Source: Sumerlaeia bacterium
GTDB taxonomy: Bacteria > Sumerlaeota > Sumerlaeia > SLMS01 > JAHLLQ01
Length of the DNA stretch: 64,000 nt
NCBI GenBank assembly: GCA_040219255.1
Contig: JAVJSW010000077.1
Coordinates: 32,001 to 96,000, forward strand
Reading direction: 5' to 3'
Position numbers and translations under genes: made by a program. Under the pieces are notes generated by a model, which saw nothing but the letters and a program-made list of their open reading frames with translations, was not told where the DNA came from and made no database searches. Of the stretch, positions 46,847 to 57,613 are shown in pieces; within the stretch, counting starts at the first letter, position 1, and each line of letters starts with the position of its first letter.

Positions 46847-48211
46847 TTACTTGATCCAGACCGTCTTCTGATTGCAGAATTCGAGGATACCCTCTCGGCC
46901 AAGTTCCCGTCCATAGCCGGAATCTTTCACGCCGCCAAAGGGAATTCGCGGGTCGCTCTTCACCAGACCGTTCACGAACACGGCCCCCGTGTCGATCTTG
47001 GCGATCAATTCTTTCGCCCGCCCGATGTCCTTTGTCCACAGCGAACAGCCCAGTCCATAGGGCGTACCATTCGCCAGCGAGATGACTTCCTCCTCGTCCT
47101 CGACCCGGAAGACGCTGGCCACGGGTCCGAAGAGTTCTTCGGAATTGGCCGGCGCGTTGATCGGAATGTCGGTCAGCACCGTTCCCGGATAATAGAATCC
47201 TGGCCCGTCGGGCCTCTGACCGCCGACGGTGGCGCGGGCGCCGACGCCGAGCGAATCGGCGACCTGTTGAGCCAAGCCATCGCGCAGGTCGTCGCGGGCC
47301 ATGGGGCCTAGTTTGGTCTCCTCGTCCATCGGATCGCCCATTTTGCGGGCGCTCATCTCGGCGTTGAAGGCTTCCAGGAAATCGTCGTACACGTCGCGGT
47401 GGATCAGGAAGCGCTTCGCCGCGATGCAGCTCTGGCCCGAGTTCAAGCAGCGCGACGCCACGCCCGTCTTCGCCGCTTCGGCGACGTCGGCGTCATCAAG
47501 GACGATGAAGGGATCGCTGCCGCCCAGCTCCAGCACGGAGGGTTTGAGGTATTTTCCCGCCAGTGCTCCCACGGCCCGGCCCGCGCCGGTGCTGCCGGTC
47601 AGGGTCACGCCCCGGACCCGGTGGTCGGCGATAACGCGGGCGGCCTGAGTGGTGGAAATCAGGAGCGTCTGGAACACGCCCTCGGGCGCGCCCGCTTCCC
47701 GCAGGATCTCGGCGATGATCAGCCCGCACTGGGGCGTGTTCGGTGAGTGCTTGAGCAACCCCGTGTTGCCCGCCATCAGGTTCGGCGCGGCAAAGCGGAA
47801 GACCTGCCAGAACGGATAATTCCAGGGCATGATGGCCAGAATCGGCCCCAGCGGATCGTAGCGGACGAAGGCTTCGGAGCCATCCGTTTCGGCGATGGAC
47901 GGGGCCAGGTATTGCTCCGCCTTGTCGGCGTAGTGCCGGCAAACCCAGGCGCACTTCTTGGCTTCCGCGCGGCCTTCGTACAGCGGTTTGCCCATTTCCA
48001 GAGCCATTAACCGGGCAAGGTCCTCGGCTCGATCTTCCAGGATTGTGGCGGCATTCTGCAAGACGGCGGCGCGCTGATCGAAATTGGCCTCGCGCCACCC
48101 GTGATGCGCCGTCGTCGCCTTTTCCAGCGCGTTCTCCACGTCCGCGTCGGAGGCGCTTGGGAAGGACTTGAGCAGTTCGCCGGTGGCTGGGTTCAGGGTG
48201 CGGTATTCCAT
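46847..48211 (-). CDS. NAD(P)-dependent succinate-semialdehyde dehydrogenase (Sad/GabD1 type)
   Basis: MPWNYPFWQ, LTGS, LELGGSDP, NSGQSC, EELFGP; follows gabT. Confidence 0.93.
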   Translation of the reverse strand: MEYRTLNPATGELLKSFPSASDADVENALEKATTAHHGWREANFDQRAAVLQNAATILEDRAEDLARLMALEMGKPLYEGRAEAKKCAWVCRHYADKAEQYLAPSIAETDGSEAFVRYDPLGPILAIMPWNYPFWQVFRFAAPNLMAGNTGLLKHSPNTPQCGLIIAEILREAGAPEGVFQTLLISTTQAARVIADHRVRGVTLTGSTGAGRAVGALAGKYLKPSVLELGGSDPFIVLDDADVAEAAKTGVASRCLNSGQSCIAAKRFLIHRDVYDDFLEAFNAEMSARKMGDPMDEETKLGPMARDDLRDGLAQQVADSLGVGARATVGGQRPDGPGFYYPGTVLTDIPINAPANSEELFGPVASVFRVEDEEEVISLANGTPYGLGCSLWTKDIGRAKELIAKIDTGAVFVNGLVKSDPRIPFGGVKDSGYGRELGREGILEFCNQKTVWIK

Positions 48212-48278
48212 GGATTCGCTTTCGTCAGAGTCGTACGCTTGTGAAGTTAGGACAAAGCGCGATGGCGGGCAAAGTCTT

Positions 48279-49601
48279 TTACGCCACCGCCGCCACGCTT
48301 TCCTTCAAGATACCGAGCGCCGCGTCCAAATCTTCAAAAGGAATCGTCAGCGGCATCAGCGTGCGGATCACGTTGCCGCTGGCGGTCATCAGGAGAAGGC
48401 CGCGGTCGCGGGCGGCGGCACAGACCTGGCCGGCTTTGGCCGCGTCCGGCTTGCCTGTGGCGGGGTCCACCAGGTCCATCGCGCACATCGCGCCAAGACC
48501 CCGCACGTCGCCCACGACATCGTACGTTCCGGCCAGATCGCGGAACGCCGCCATCACCTTCTCGCCGATTTGAAGGGCCCGCTGTGGCAGTTTCTCGTCC
48601 TCCATCACATCCAGCACCGCCAGCGCCGCCGCGCAGGCCAGCGGATTGCCGCCAAAGGTGCCGCCGATACCGCCGACCTGCGGAGCCTCCATGATTTCCG
48701 CCCGCGCCGTAACGCCCGAAATCGGCATGCCGCCGCCCAAGCTCTTCGCCATCGCCACCATGTCCGGTTCGATCCGATAACGCTCGATGGCGAACATGGA
48801 CCCGCAGCGTCCGAAGCCGCTCTGGACTTCGTCCGCGACGAAGACGATCCCGTGCTGGGCGCAGGTCTCGCGCAGGATCTTCATCGCCACGCAGTGCGTC
48901 GGAAAGAACCCGCCCTCGCCCAGCACCGGCTCGATCATCAGACAGGCGATGTTTTCAGGCTCGATATGATAGTTAAACAGATTGTCGAGCGCCGTTCGGC
49001 ACTCGCGCTCGACTTGCGCATCGCTCATTTTGCTTGGGTTGGCGAAGAATGGCTTGTAGGGCAGGCGATAGACCTCGGGCGCGAAGGGCCCCATGCCGGC
49101 GCTGTAGGGCTTCACCTTGCCCGTCAAGGTCATGCCCAGCAGCGTGCGGCCGTGAAAGCCGCGCTCGAACCCCACGACGCCCGTGCGGCCGGTGTAGCGC
49201 CGGCTGATCTTCACCGCGTTCTCGCCCGCTTCGGCTCCGCTGTTGAAAAACGCCGTCTTCACCGGCCCCTGGATCGGCACCAGAGCGTTGAGACGCTCGG
49301 CCAGTGCGACATAGGGTTCGTACATCGCGACGTGGAAGCAGGTGTGGATGAAATTCGCGCTTTGCTGGCGGATCGCCTCCACCACCTTCGGATGGTTGTG
49401 GCCCACATTGACCACGCCGATGCCGCCGCAGAAGTCGATGTAGCGCTTGCCCTCCACATCCCAAAGCAGATGGCCCTCGGCGCGGGCCGCGAAGAGCGGC
49501 GCCACGTTGAATGGACCTCTCGGAATGGCCGCGTTGCGGCGCTCGACAAGCGCGGCGTTGGTCTTCTGGGCGGTGGCGGTGGAGGGTTCGAGAGCGGTCA
49601 T
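48279..49601 (-). CDS. gabT: 4-aminobutyrate aminotransferase
   Basis: DFCGGIGV.NVGH, NSGAEA.ENAVK, EPVLGEGGF, DEVQSGFGR, AKSLGGG, GGTFGGNP. Confidence 0.92.
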   Translation of the reverse strand: MTALEPSTATAQKTNAALVERRNAAIPRGPFNVAPLFAARAEGHLLWDVEGKRYIDFCGGIGVVNVGHNHPKVVEAIRQQSANFIHTCFHVAMYEPYVALAERLNALVPIQGPVKTAFFNSGAEAGENAVKISRRYTGRTGVVGFERGFHGRTLLGMTLTGKVKPYSAGMGPFAPEVYRLPYKPFFANPSKMSDAQVERECRTALDNLFNYHIEPENIACLMIEPVLGEGGFFPTHCVAMKILRETCAQHGIVFVADEVQSGFGRCGSMFAIERYRIEPDMVAMAKSLGGGMPISGVTARAEIMEAPQVGGIGGTFGGNPLACAAALAVLDVMEDEKLPQRALQIGEKVMAAFRDLAGTYDVVGDVRGLGAMCAMDLVDPATGKPDAAKAGQVCAAARDRGLLLMTASGNVIRTLMPLTIPFEDLDAALGILKESVAAVA

Positions 49602-49662
49602 GGCGGACTCCTTCGGAGGCTTCGTTGCGATTTATGACAACTAGGCGAAGGGCCCGTCCCCG

Positions 49663-49683
49663 ATGCAATGAAGATATTTGCAT
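49663..49683. promoter_or_regulatory. Palindromic candidate operator upstream of gabT
   Basis: ATGCAA-N9-TTGCAT. Confidence 0.4.
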
Positions 49684-49701
49684 GCGGTACACGCTCTGAA
49701 G

Positions 49702-51978
49702 CTAAAACAACTCATCCCCCTCCGGCGGCCTGACCAGCCAGTGCCTCAGCGCCGAGCGCCGGTCCGCTTCCTCCTCCGTGCCGGAGCTTTGCCGCAGCGC
49801 CAACCGGATCGCCTTCTTGCTGCCGATCAAAACCACCAGTTTCTTGCCGCGCGTCACCGCCGTGTAGAGCAGGTTGCGCTGTAGCATGATGAAGTGCTGC
49901 GTATGCAGGAGCACCACAACGGCTGGGTATTCGCTCCCCTGGCTCTTGTGGATGGTAACGGCGTAGGCCAGCTGCAACTGATCCGCCTCATCCCAGCGGT
50001 ACTCGACGGAGCGCTTTCCGAACTGCACCCGCAAGGTCTTGGAGCCGGTCTCGATCGCTGTGATCCGCCCCACATCGCCGTTGAAGACGTCCAAGTCGTA
50101 GTTGTTGGAAGTCTGCATGATTTTGTCGCCAACCCGGAGGATCTGACCGCCGGATTGAAAGTGGACGCCTTTGGGGTTCAGGGCCCCCTGCATCAGGTCG
50201 TTGAGTTCCTTGATGCCGAGATCGCTGCGCCGCATCGGGCTCAGAACCTGAATGTCGTCCACCGGATGGAAGCCGAATTTCTGGGGGATGCGCGTCGTCA
50301 CCATTTCCATCAGCGCTTCGCGGATTCCTTCCGGATCGTCGCGGTCGATGACGTAGAAATCGGGCTCCGGTTTGCCTTTCTCGCGCCGGCCGGGCATGGG
50401 CATTTCGCCGTGGTTGATGCGGTGGCTGTTGACGATGATCAGGGACTCTCTCGCCTGGCGGAAAATCACGTTCAGCCGCGTCACCCGGGCGCGGGCGCTC
50501 TCGATCACGTCGTGCAGGAAATTGCCCGCGCCGACGCTCGGAAGCTGATCCACGTCGCCCACAAAAACGAGCGCCGTGTCCGGCGTCAGGGCCTTGAGCA
50601 GGTGATACGCGAGCGCCACATCGAGCATCGAGGACTCGTCCACGATGACCAGATCGGCCTTCAGCGGCGCGTCGGCGTTGTGCTGAAACCCGCCCTGATG
50701 CGCGTCGAAACCCAGCAGCCGGTGGACCGTCGAGGCGGGCTGGCGGGTCGTTTCCGAGAGGCGCTGCGCCGCCCGGCCCGTCGGCGAGCACATCGCGATC
50801 TTCAAGTCCTCCGTCGCCAAGACGTGCAAGAGCGCCCGCACCAGCGTCGTCTTGCCCGTGCCGGGCCCGCCGGTGACGACCGAGACGCCGCCCTGCAGGA
50901 CGCTGTGGATGGCCTGGCGCTGCTGGGGAGCGAGCTGGAAGCTGAACTTCGCCTCGAAGGCGTCGAGGCGCGGTTCGATGGACTTGGGCTCGACCAATGG
51001 CCGGCCGCCGTTCATCAGCCCGATCAGTAAGCGCGCGCAGCCCGACTCGCAGCGATAGAGGCTGGTCATGAAAACCGCCTCGACACCGTCCGGCAGGCGC
51101 TCGACGCGCAGGTGCCGCGCCTGGGCCGCTTCGCTTTCGAAAACGTTTTCCGCCAGTTCGGCGCTGACGACACTGCCGAGCATGGTGACGGCGGAGCTGA
51201 GCAGTTCCTCGCGCGGGACATAGGTGTGGCCGCGGTCGCTGGCCTGGCTGAGCAAATGGAAGAAGGCCGCGGCGATGCGCTGGGGCGCGTCGCCCGCGAT
51301 GCCCAGCCCCCGCGCCATACGATCCGCGATAGCGAAGCCAATCCCGGACACGTCGATCCCGGCGCGGTAGGGATTGCTCTTCAGGATCGCGGCGGCGTCG
51401 TTGCCGTAATGGCGGTAGAGGCGCTTGGCCAGCGCCGGCGACAGGCCAAAGCGCTGCAAGACCATCATCGTTTCGTGGCTGGCCTTGTGATCGGCCCAGC
51501 ACTCGCTGATGGTGGCGGCGGTTTTCTTGCCGATTTTGGGGACTTCCTTCAGCCGATCCGGTTCTTCCTCGATGATGCGCAGCGTGTCCTCGCCGAAGTG
51601 ATCCACGATGCGGGCGGCATGGGTTTCGCCGATGCCTTTTAGCAAGCCGCTGCCCAAGTAGGCCTTCAACATTTCCGCGTCGTCCGGCAGGATCGGCAGA
51701 TAACCCTCCACCTCGAACGTGGGGCCGTGCTGCTTGTGCATGCGCCAGGAGCCGCGGGCGTGGATCGGTTCGCCCGCCGCGACGCCCAGAAGAGTCCCGG
51801 CCAGGGTCACCTGGGACTTCTCGCCCTGGGGCACAAAACGCGCCACGGTGAAGGTGCCGTCGTCGCTGGTATAGACGATGCGCTCGATGATGCCGCGCAG
51901 CTCGGTTTCCGTGCGCAGGGGCTGGCGCAGGAGGGCGGCGGGATCGGGGCGGCGGTTCCAGGGTTGGTTGCGTTTCAT
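49702..51978 (-). CDS. recD2: RecD2-type ATP-dependent DNA helicase
   Basis: YLGSG..KGIG, HhH, NPY, GGPGTGKTT, VDESSM, GDVDQLPSVG, FRQA, TIHKSQGSE, YTAVTR. Confidence 0.95.
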   Translation of the reverse strand: MKRNQPWNRRPDPAALLRQPLRTETELRGIIERIVYTSDDGTFTVARFVPQGEKSQVTLAGTLLGVAAGEPIHARGSWRMHKQHGPTFEVEGYLPILPDDAEMLKAYLGSGLLKGIGETHAARIVDHFGEDTLRIIEEEPDRLKEVPKIGKKTAATISECWADHKASHETMMVLQRFGLSPALAKRLYRHYGNDAAAILKSNPYRAGIDVSGIGFAIADRMARGLGIAGDAPQRIAAAFFHLLSQASDRGHTYVPREELLSSAVTMLGSVVSAELAENVFESEAAQARHLRVERLPDGVEAVFMTSLYRCESGCARLLIGLMNGGRPLVEPKSIEPRLDAFEAKFSFQLAPQQRQAIHSVLQGGVSVVTGGPGTGKTTLVRALLHVLATEDLKIAMCSPTGRAAQRLSETTRQPASTVHRLLGFDAHQGGFQHNADAPLKADLVIVDESSMLDVALAYHLLKALTPDTALVFVGDVDQLPSVGAGNFLHDVIESARARVTRLNVIFRQARESLIIVNSHRINHGEMPMPGRREKGKPEPDFYVIDRDDPEGIREALMEMVTTRIPQKFGFHPVDDIQVLSPMRRSDLGIKELNDLMQGALNPKGVHFQSGGQILRVGDKIMQTSNNYDLDVFNGDVGRITAIETGSKTLRVQFGKRSVEYRWDEADQLQLAYAVTIHKSQGSEYPAVVVLLHTQHFIMLQRNLLYTAVTRGKKLVVLIGSKKAIRLALRQSSGTEEEADRRSALRHWLVRPPEGDELF

Positions 51979-52168
51979 CGTCGAAGGGTCCCGGCCACGG
52001 GCGAGGAGTTTCGTATTCTCTCCGCCTGCCCCGCGAGGGGTCAAGCGATAGCATGGCATCTTCGTCCGCCGCCTTTCGGCACATTCCGCGCGGGGGTTAT
52101 CTCTTGCCGACTCCGCTCTCTCCGCCCTACTCAAAGCGGATAACTATCGTCGAAAGGACAACATACCC

Positions 52169-53182
52169 ATGCGTCAATGTTTTCAAACCTTCATTTTTCT
52201 GGCAATCGCCGCCGCCCTGACGGGCTGCACGGCGGTTCAGCAGGGCAATTTCATTGGCCCGGAAGAGGCCAAGGCCGCCGCCAAGGGCGCCCCCATTTCC
52301 CAGGAGCCTTTCGAAAAGGCCGGCGAAGCGGGCGAAGTCGTCGAATCCTACAATCGATCCTGGTTCTGGCTGCTGCCGCTCAACCTTTCGATGACCAATA
52401 TCAAAGCCTTGGACGCCGGGTCCGACGAGGCCACCATCGAAACGCTCGACTTCGACTACAACGGCCTCGGGCCGCTCATGCTGTTCCTTCTGCCGGTGCA
52501 TGTCTCCCTGGACAAGTACATCTACGCCGAAGAAGGCATGCCCGATTCGGCGCAGACGATGACCTGGACGCCCATCTGGGCCACCAGCAACCAGTCGAAC
52601 TGGCCCGCCGACCGCGATTCGATCACGGCCAAGGGCATTCCGCTTTTCTATGGCAACGTGAAGATGGACGGCAAACCGGAGGACGGCGGCATGGACGCCA
52701 GCGTCTCGAACACGCTCTGGAGCCTCGGGCCCGCCTGGTTGTCCTTCAGCTCGGAAGACACCGGACCGCGCAACGAAGACAAAGGCTACGTGGTCGCTCC
52801 CCTGCTGCTGGGCGGGCCGCTGGGCTCGATCCTTTGGACGAGCGCCAATGTCACCTCCGGCGATGGCGAGTCCCTCCGCAGCCAGAACATCCACGGGCCC
52901 CTCTTCGGCCTCCTGGGTTACACCAGTTCCTACAACGTCGCACCCGCCGGCAAGACCGTCAGCCCCGACAACCCGGAAGCGGACCAGGAAACGTTCATGC
53001 GCCTGATTACCCTCGGCATCCTCTGGACCGACATCCGGTCGGAAATCGAGGGCCAGCCAGAGAGCCGCAGCGCTGTCCACGGGCCGCTGTGGGGCATGTT
53101 CGGTTGGGGCAAGAGCGAGGGCCGGCCAGTCATCAAGCTGCTCTGGATTCCCATCCCCGTCGGTCCGGTGGCGGACGAATAA
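52169..53182 (+). CDS. Hypothetical lipoprotein with repeated aromatic beta-hairpin motifs
   Basis: Lipobox LTGC; repeated GPL(W/F)/GILW motifs. Confidence 0.75.
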   Translation: MRQCFQTFIFLAIAAALTGCTAVQQGNFIGPEEAKAAAKGAPISQEPFEKAGEAGEVVESYNRSWFWLLPLNLSMTNIKALDAGSDEATIETLDFDYNGLGPLMLFLLPVHVSLDKYIYAEEGMPDSAQTMTWTPIWATSNQSNWPADRDSITAKGIPLFYGNVKMDGKPEDGGMDASVSNTLWSLGPAWLSFSSEDTGPRNEDKGYVVAPLLLGGPLGSILWTSANVTSGDGESLRSQNIHGPLFGLLGYTSSYNVAPAGKTVSPDNPEADQETFMRLITLGILWTDIRSEIEGQPESRSAVHGPLWGMFGWGKSEGRPVIKLLWIPIPVGPVADE

Positions 53183-53271
53183 ATTCACCAGCAAAGGAAC
53201 GGTTGCCAATTGGCCCCCCGCTGGCTATTCTTCCTCCAACAGCAGTCCACTCCTCAGCGAGCGAACCTCCC

Positions 53272-54474
53272 TTGCCAAGCAGCACCCGATCCATCCGAAA
53301 GCTGAAAGCCGCACCCCGGAAAATCCTCGCGTTCGCCGCGAGCCTCATCCATAAACGCCGCTATATCAGCATTCCGATGGAAGGGATTATCTTCGTCATC
53401 GTGACCTTGCTGATCGGCTTGGCGGCGATGAACACGAGCGCTCAGCTCCTCTTTCTCGTCTTTTCGATGATGTGCAGTTTCTGGATTCTGTCCGCCCTTC
53501 TGGCCACCACCACGATGCGGGGGCTGCGCGTGTGGCGCAAATCACCCCGCCTGGCCGTGGCGGGGCAACCCACGCGCGTCCTGCTGCATGTGGAAAATCG
53601 CAAGCGCCTGGCCGGCAGTTGGTCCCTGCGGGTCAACGACCGGCTTGCCACGGGCGAGACCATCGGGGCCGCCTTCTTCCCCCATGTGCCCCGTCGCGGC
53701 GACGCAACGCAGAGCTATGAATGTATTTTCCCACGACGCGGCCTCCAGAAGTTCGCCAGCCTGGCGGTGGCGACGCGTTTTCCCTTCGGCCTGATCGAGA
53801 GGACCCTGTTCTTTCGAGACCCGGCGGAAATCCTGGTCCTGCCCGGCGCCATCGTGCTCGACGACCGTATCCTGCGCCAGGCCCAGACCGATCTCGGCGA
53901 TCAGGAAGTGAACGCCAAGGGCCACGGCGCCGGGCTCTACGGTCTGCGGCGATACCGCCCCGGCGACCCGAGCCGCGACATCCACTGGAAAGTCACCGCC
54001 CGCACCGGCCGTCTGACGCTGCGCGAGTACGAAAGCGAGGAGCGCCGCCGTGGCTCCGTGCTCTTCGACAACCGCCTGCCGCACGACGCAAACCTGGACG
54101 ACCGCGAGGAGTTCGAGAAAGGGCTGCTGTTGGCGTCCTCGATCCTCGGCCTCCTGAGCGAAATCGGCCACGAGTTCGAACTCCTGACCGCCACCGGAAA
54201 AGTCCCCGCGGGCCAGGGTCCAGGCCACCTGACCCGCTGCCGGCGGGCTCTGGCGCTGCTGGAGCCGGAATCCATGTCCAAGCCTAGTCCCCTCCAGAAG
54301 GGCCCCGAGAACGACAGCGTGTGGTTCTGGGTCGGCTCCGAAGCCACCCGCAGCCAAGCCCCCGGCCGCGCCTCGGTGGTGCGCATTGAGGAGTACGAGG
54401 CGGACCTGGAGCGGGCCCTCAATCGCTCCCGCGAGTCCGAGGAAATCGAAGCCATCCGGGAGGTGGCGGGATAA
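53272..54474 (+). CDS. DUF58 protein (start uncertain, 53272 TTG or 53377 ATG)
   Basis: AAMNT, RRG, TRFPFGL, LRRYRPGD..RDIHWK.TAR.G.L..REYE. Confidence 0.9.
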   Translation: MPSSTRSIRKLKAAPRKILAFAASLIHKRRYISIPMEGIIFVIVTLLIGLAAMNTSAQLLFLVFSMMCSFWILSALLATTTMRGLRVWRKSPRLAVAGQPTRVLLHVENRKRLAGSWSLRVNDRLATGETIGAAFFPHVPRRGDATQSYECIFPRRGLQKFASLAVATRFPFGLIERTLFFRDPAEILVLPGAIVLDDRILRQAQTDLGDQEVNAKGHGAGLYGLRRYRPGDPSRDIHWKVTARTGRLTLREYESEERRRGSVLFDNRLPHDANLDDREEFEKGLLLASSILGLLSEIGHEFELLTATGKVPAGQGPGHLTRCRRALALLEPESMSKPSPLQKGPENDSVWFWVGSEATRSQAPGRASVVRIEEYEADLERALNRSRESEEIEAIREVAG

Positions 54475-54478
54475 TCCG

Positions 54479-56851
54479 ATGGCCTTCCAGCGCTCCTTTT
54501 TCTTCCTCACCTACCTGACCGCCATCTGGTCCTTCGTGTCGCTGGCCTCCACCGGCGAGTTGCATCTCTGGGCCATCGTGGCGTTTTCGCTGATTCTCCT
54601 GGCGGCGATCGGGCGGCGCCGTTTCCGCTTCGAACTGCCCGGGTTCATCTGGCTCCTGATCACCATCGCCGTCTTCTGCGGCGCGCTGTGGGGCTGGTTC
54701 CGCCTGGGCGAGCGCATGTACTCGGTCACCTACTTCCTGATGTACCTGGAAGCCAACAAGCTCCTGACCGCGAAGTCCAACCGCGATTACATCCAGATTT
54801 ACGGCCTGACATTCTTCCAGATGCTCGCCGCTTCCGTCTCCACGACGTCGGTGCTTTTCGCGCCGTTGTTGGGCGGCTACCTGCTGCTGATTATCGCGAC
54901 GATGATCGCGTTCACCATCAAGCGCGACGCCGAGCGCACCTTTCAGACAGCGAAGCCCGGCAAGAAGGCGCTTCGCCGAGGTTCGCCCTGGCGTATGATG
55001 GCGTCGGACCGTCGAGCGCTCGAGGAAGTGGGCTATCTGCCGTTTCTTACGCGGCGCATGGTGAGCCGCCTGGCCCTGGCGACGGGTGTGGTGGTGCTGC
55101 TGGGGGGTGGGTTGTTCCTGGTGATTCCGCGCGCGGCGCGCCAGGACTTTCTGCCTGGCCTGGGCCGAGGTCATCAAGGCCCGCGCAAGAGCGGCTTCGC
55201 CGATCACGTGGCCTTTGGTGGCGTGGGCCGCATTCAGAACGATCCAACCATCGTGATGCGCGTCATTCCCACGCCGGAGTCGACGCTGAATCGGCCGACG
55301 TTCCTGCGGATTCGAGGCACCGCCCTCGACGAATTCACGGGCCGCCAGTGGCAGAAATCCGCCGCCATGGTCCGCGAAATCAAACCCATGCGCGCCCAAG
55401 GCGCCCAAATCCTGCCGCCGTCCCTGCTGGTGGAATATGGCGAGCCTTTCCGTGCCGACATCAACCTCGATCCCGAACGCTCCAACTATATCTTCACCGT
55501 CAACCAACCCGCCCGCGTCATTCTGGACAAGACTCGCACGGTGGAATTGGACCCGGAGGGCTTGAGCCTGAAGCTGGAAACCAGCCAGCCCCGCTATCAA
55601 CCCATCACCTATCAAGTCGAAGGCCGAATCCCCCGCGCCGAGGCCCGGTCGGTCTTCGAAGCCGATCCCCTCGCCTCGACCCGCGAGGACGAAGACGTCA
55701 AGCCAATCGCCCAGGCCAGCCTCGATCTGCTGCGCGACGTCGCTTCGGCGGTGGATCGGGGGATCACGGCGCTCTCGACCCGCAGCGAACGCAACGACCG
55801 CCAGTACCTGCAAACCCCCGAGACGCCCGACATGGAGAACATCCGCGAAATGGCCATGGCTTGGACCGCTGGCATCGATTCGCCCCGCGCCCGCGCCGAA
55901 GAAGTGGAGCGGCGCTTCCGTACGGAATTCGACTATACTCTGGAAGCCGATTTCGCCGACCGGCCGAACCACCTGACCCATTTCCTGCGTGTCGCCCGCG
56001 AGGGCCACTGCGAGTATTTCGCCACCAGCATGGTTCTCATGCTGCGCTCGCTCGGCATTCCCGCCCGCATCGTGAACGGCTACCTGACCGACGAATGGAA
56101 CCGGACAGGCCAGGGCTACTACGTCGTCCGCCAGGAGCACGCCCATTCATGGGTCGAAGTGCGCTTCCCCGACTCGCCCGTCTGGGTCACCTTCGATCCG
56201 ACCCCCGCTTCCGGTCTTGGCAGCAACCGCATCCATCGGACCTGGTTCCATCGCTGGAGCGCCGTGGCCGACGCCATGAAACTGGTCTGGTATAACCTCG
56301 TCGTCGATTACGACGTGAACGATCAGCGCAAAGGCATTCTGGCCTCGATCCGCGCCGTGGCCCGTGGCCTGGAGGCTCTGCAGTCCGGAACCGAGAGCGC
56401 CCGCCTCTGGTGGGAATCGGGCGGCGACGACAGCGCCGGACGCGGCGGACGCTGGGTTCTGGTGGGGGCGGGGGGTGCCCTGACCATCGGAGCCCTCGGC
56501 TATTTCGTGGTGCTGTTGCGACGCCGGCGCGAGCGCGCTGGCGAAGATCCCGAGCAGCAAGTCCGGACCTCGCGAGAGGACGTCCGCCCCTACCTCGATC
56601 TCATGCGTGACCTGGGGGAAGTGTTCCCTCGCCCGCAGGGCCAGACCCCGCGCGATTTCGCTCGCATCGTCGTCGACCGCAGTGGCGGCGCCCTCGAAGA
56701 ATTCGTCCCCCTGACCGACCGCTACTACACCATCCGCTACAATGGCGACCGGTGGGACCCGGAACTGGACCGGCGCATCGCGGCACTGCGGCAGCGGCTC
56801 CGCGACATGGAGCGGACGCCGGCATCCCAGCCCGCGCTAGACGCCGACTGA
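54479..56851 (+). CDS. TgpA-like membrane transglutaminase (DUF3488 + TGase)
   Basis: N-terminal TMs; GHCEYFA, LRSLGIPARIVNGY, HAHSWVEV, FDPTP. Confidence 0.92.
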   Translation: MAFQRSFFFLTYLTAIWSFVSLASTGELHLWAIVAFSLILLAAIGRRRFRFELPGFIWLLITIAVFCGALWGWFRLGERMYSVTYFLMYLEANKLLTAKSNRDYIQIYGLTFFQMLAASVSTTSVLFAPLLGGYLLLIIATMIAFTIKRDAERTFQTAKPGKKALRRGSPWRMMASDRRALEEVGYLPFLTRRMVSRLALATGVVVLLGGGLFLVIPRAARQDFLPGLGRGHQGPRKSGFADHVAFGGVGRIQNDPTIVMRVIPTPESTLNRPTFLRIRGTALDEFTGRQWQKSAAMVREIKPMRAQGAQILPPSLLVEYGEPFRADINLDPERSNYIFTVNQPARVILDKTRTVELDPEGLSLKLETSQPRYQPITYQVEGRIPRAEARSVFEADPLASTREDEDVKPIAQASLDLLRDVASAVDRGITALSTRSERNDRQYLQTPETPDMENIREMAMAWTAGIDSPRARAEEVERRFRTEFDYTLEADFADRPNHLTHFLRVAREGHCEYFATSMVLMLRSLGIPARIVNGYLTDEWNRTGQGYYVVRQEHAHSWVEVRFPDSPVWVTFDPTPASGLGSNRIHRTWFHRWSAVADAMKLVWYNLVVDYDVNDQRKGILASIRAVARGLEALQSGTESARLWWESGGDDSAGRGGRWVLVGAGGALTIGALGYFVVLLRRRRERAGEDPEQQVRTSREDVRPYLDLMRDLGEVFPRPQGQTPRDFARIVVDRSGGALEEFVPLTDRYYTIRYNGDRWDPELDRRIAALRQRLRDMERTPASQPALDAD

Positions 56852-56854
56852 TCC

Positions 56855-57484
56855 ATGCGCACCGCCATCGTCACAGACATCCACGGCAGCATGCGCGGCC
56901 TGGAGAAGGTGCTCGAAGACCAGGCGAAAGAAGGCTGCGAGCGCCTCATCTGCCTCGGCGATCTCGTCAGTGGCGGCATGGAAGACGAGGAAGTGGTCGC
57001 TTACTTTCGCGATAACCAACTCCCCGTCACTCAAGGAAACCACGATCTGGACGACGCGGAATTCTACTCCGACGCGGCGCGCGATTACCTGCGGGCGCTG
57101 CCGCCGCGGATCGTCGAGGGCGACGTCGTTTACACACATATCACGCCGCGCGATGCCAGCGACCGCGGCCTCGCCTGCCCCTACGAAGCCCGCAACGCCT
57201 TCGCGGAAAGCTCGCAGCGCCTCGCCTTCGTGGGCCATCTGCACGCGCCGGTGATCTGGAGCGCCACCAACGACGACCCTCAGGCGGCGCGTTATTGCTC
57301 GTTCACACTCAACAAACCACGCCGCCTCAGCCTCGACGACCGCTTCATCATCATCGTCGGCGCCGTGGCCTACGCCCGCGACATGGTCGAAAAAATCAAG
57401 TACGCCATCCACGACGACGCGGAGAGCACTGTCGAGATGCGCGCCCTCGACGGCCCGATGATTCGCACCCGCTGGTTTTTATAG
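56855..57484 (+). CDS. Calcineurin-like metallophosphoesterase
   Basis: DIHG, GDLV, GNHD, GHLH. Confidence 0.9.
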   Translation: MRTAIVTDIHGSMRGLEKVLEDQAKEGCERLICLGDLVSGGMEDEEVVAYFRDNQLPVTQGNHDLDDAEFYSDAARDYLRALPPRIVEGDVVYTHITPRDASDRGLACPYEARNAFAESSQRLAFVGHLHAPVIWSATNDDPQAARYCSFTLNKPRRLSLDDRFIIIVGAVAYARDMVEKIKYAIHDDAESTVEMRALDGPMIRTRWFL

Positions 57485-57613
57485 CACGAGACAGGCAAAT
57501 GTTTGGCATACCAAAAAGACTATTGACCTGGCACTGCGTCCTTTGTTTGCCTCCCTGCGGCCCTGCTCCCCCGCGGCGCCCGAACCACCCAGAGGCGAAC
57601 ACTAGCAACGCGC

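Noticed and set aside
49988-52084. 698-aa overlapping ORF
   Set aside because: Off-frame shadow of recD2
52177-53271. N-terminal extension of the 765-aa ORF
   Set aside because: Arg/Pro-rich off-frame read of the lipoprotein gene; DUF58 begins near 53272-53377
57490-57555. Sigma-54 promoter or riboswitch at aggcaaa...tttgcct
   Set aside because: TGGCAC lacks the correctly spaced TTGC; no recognisable aptamer
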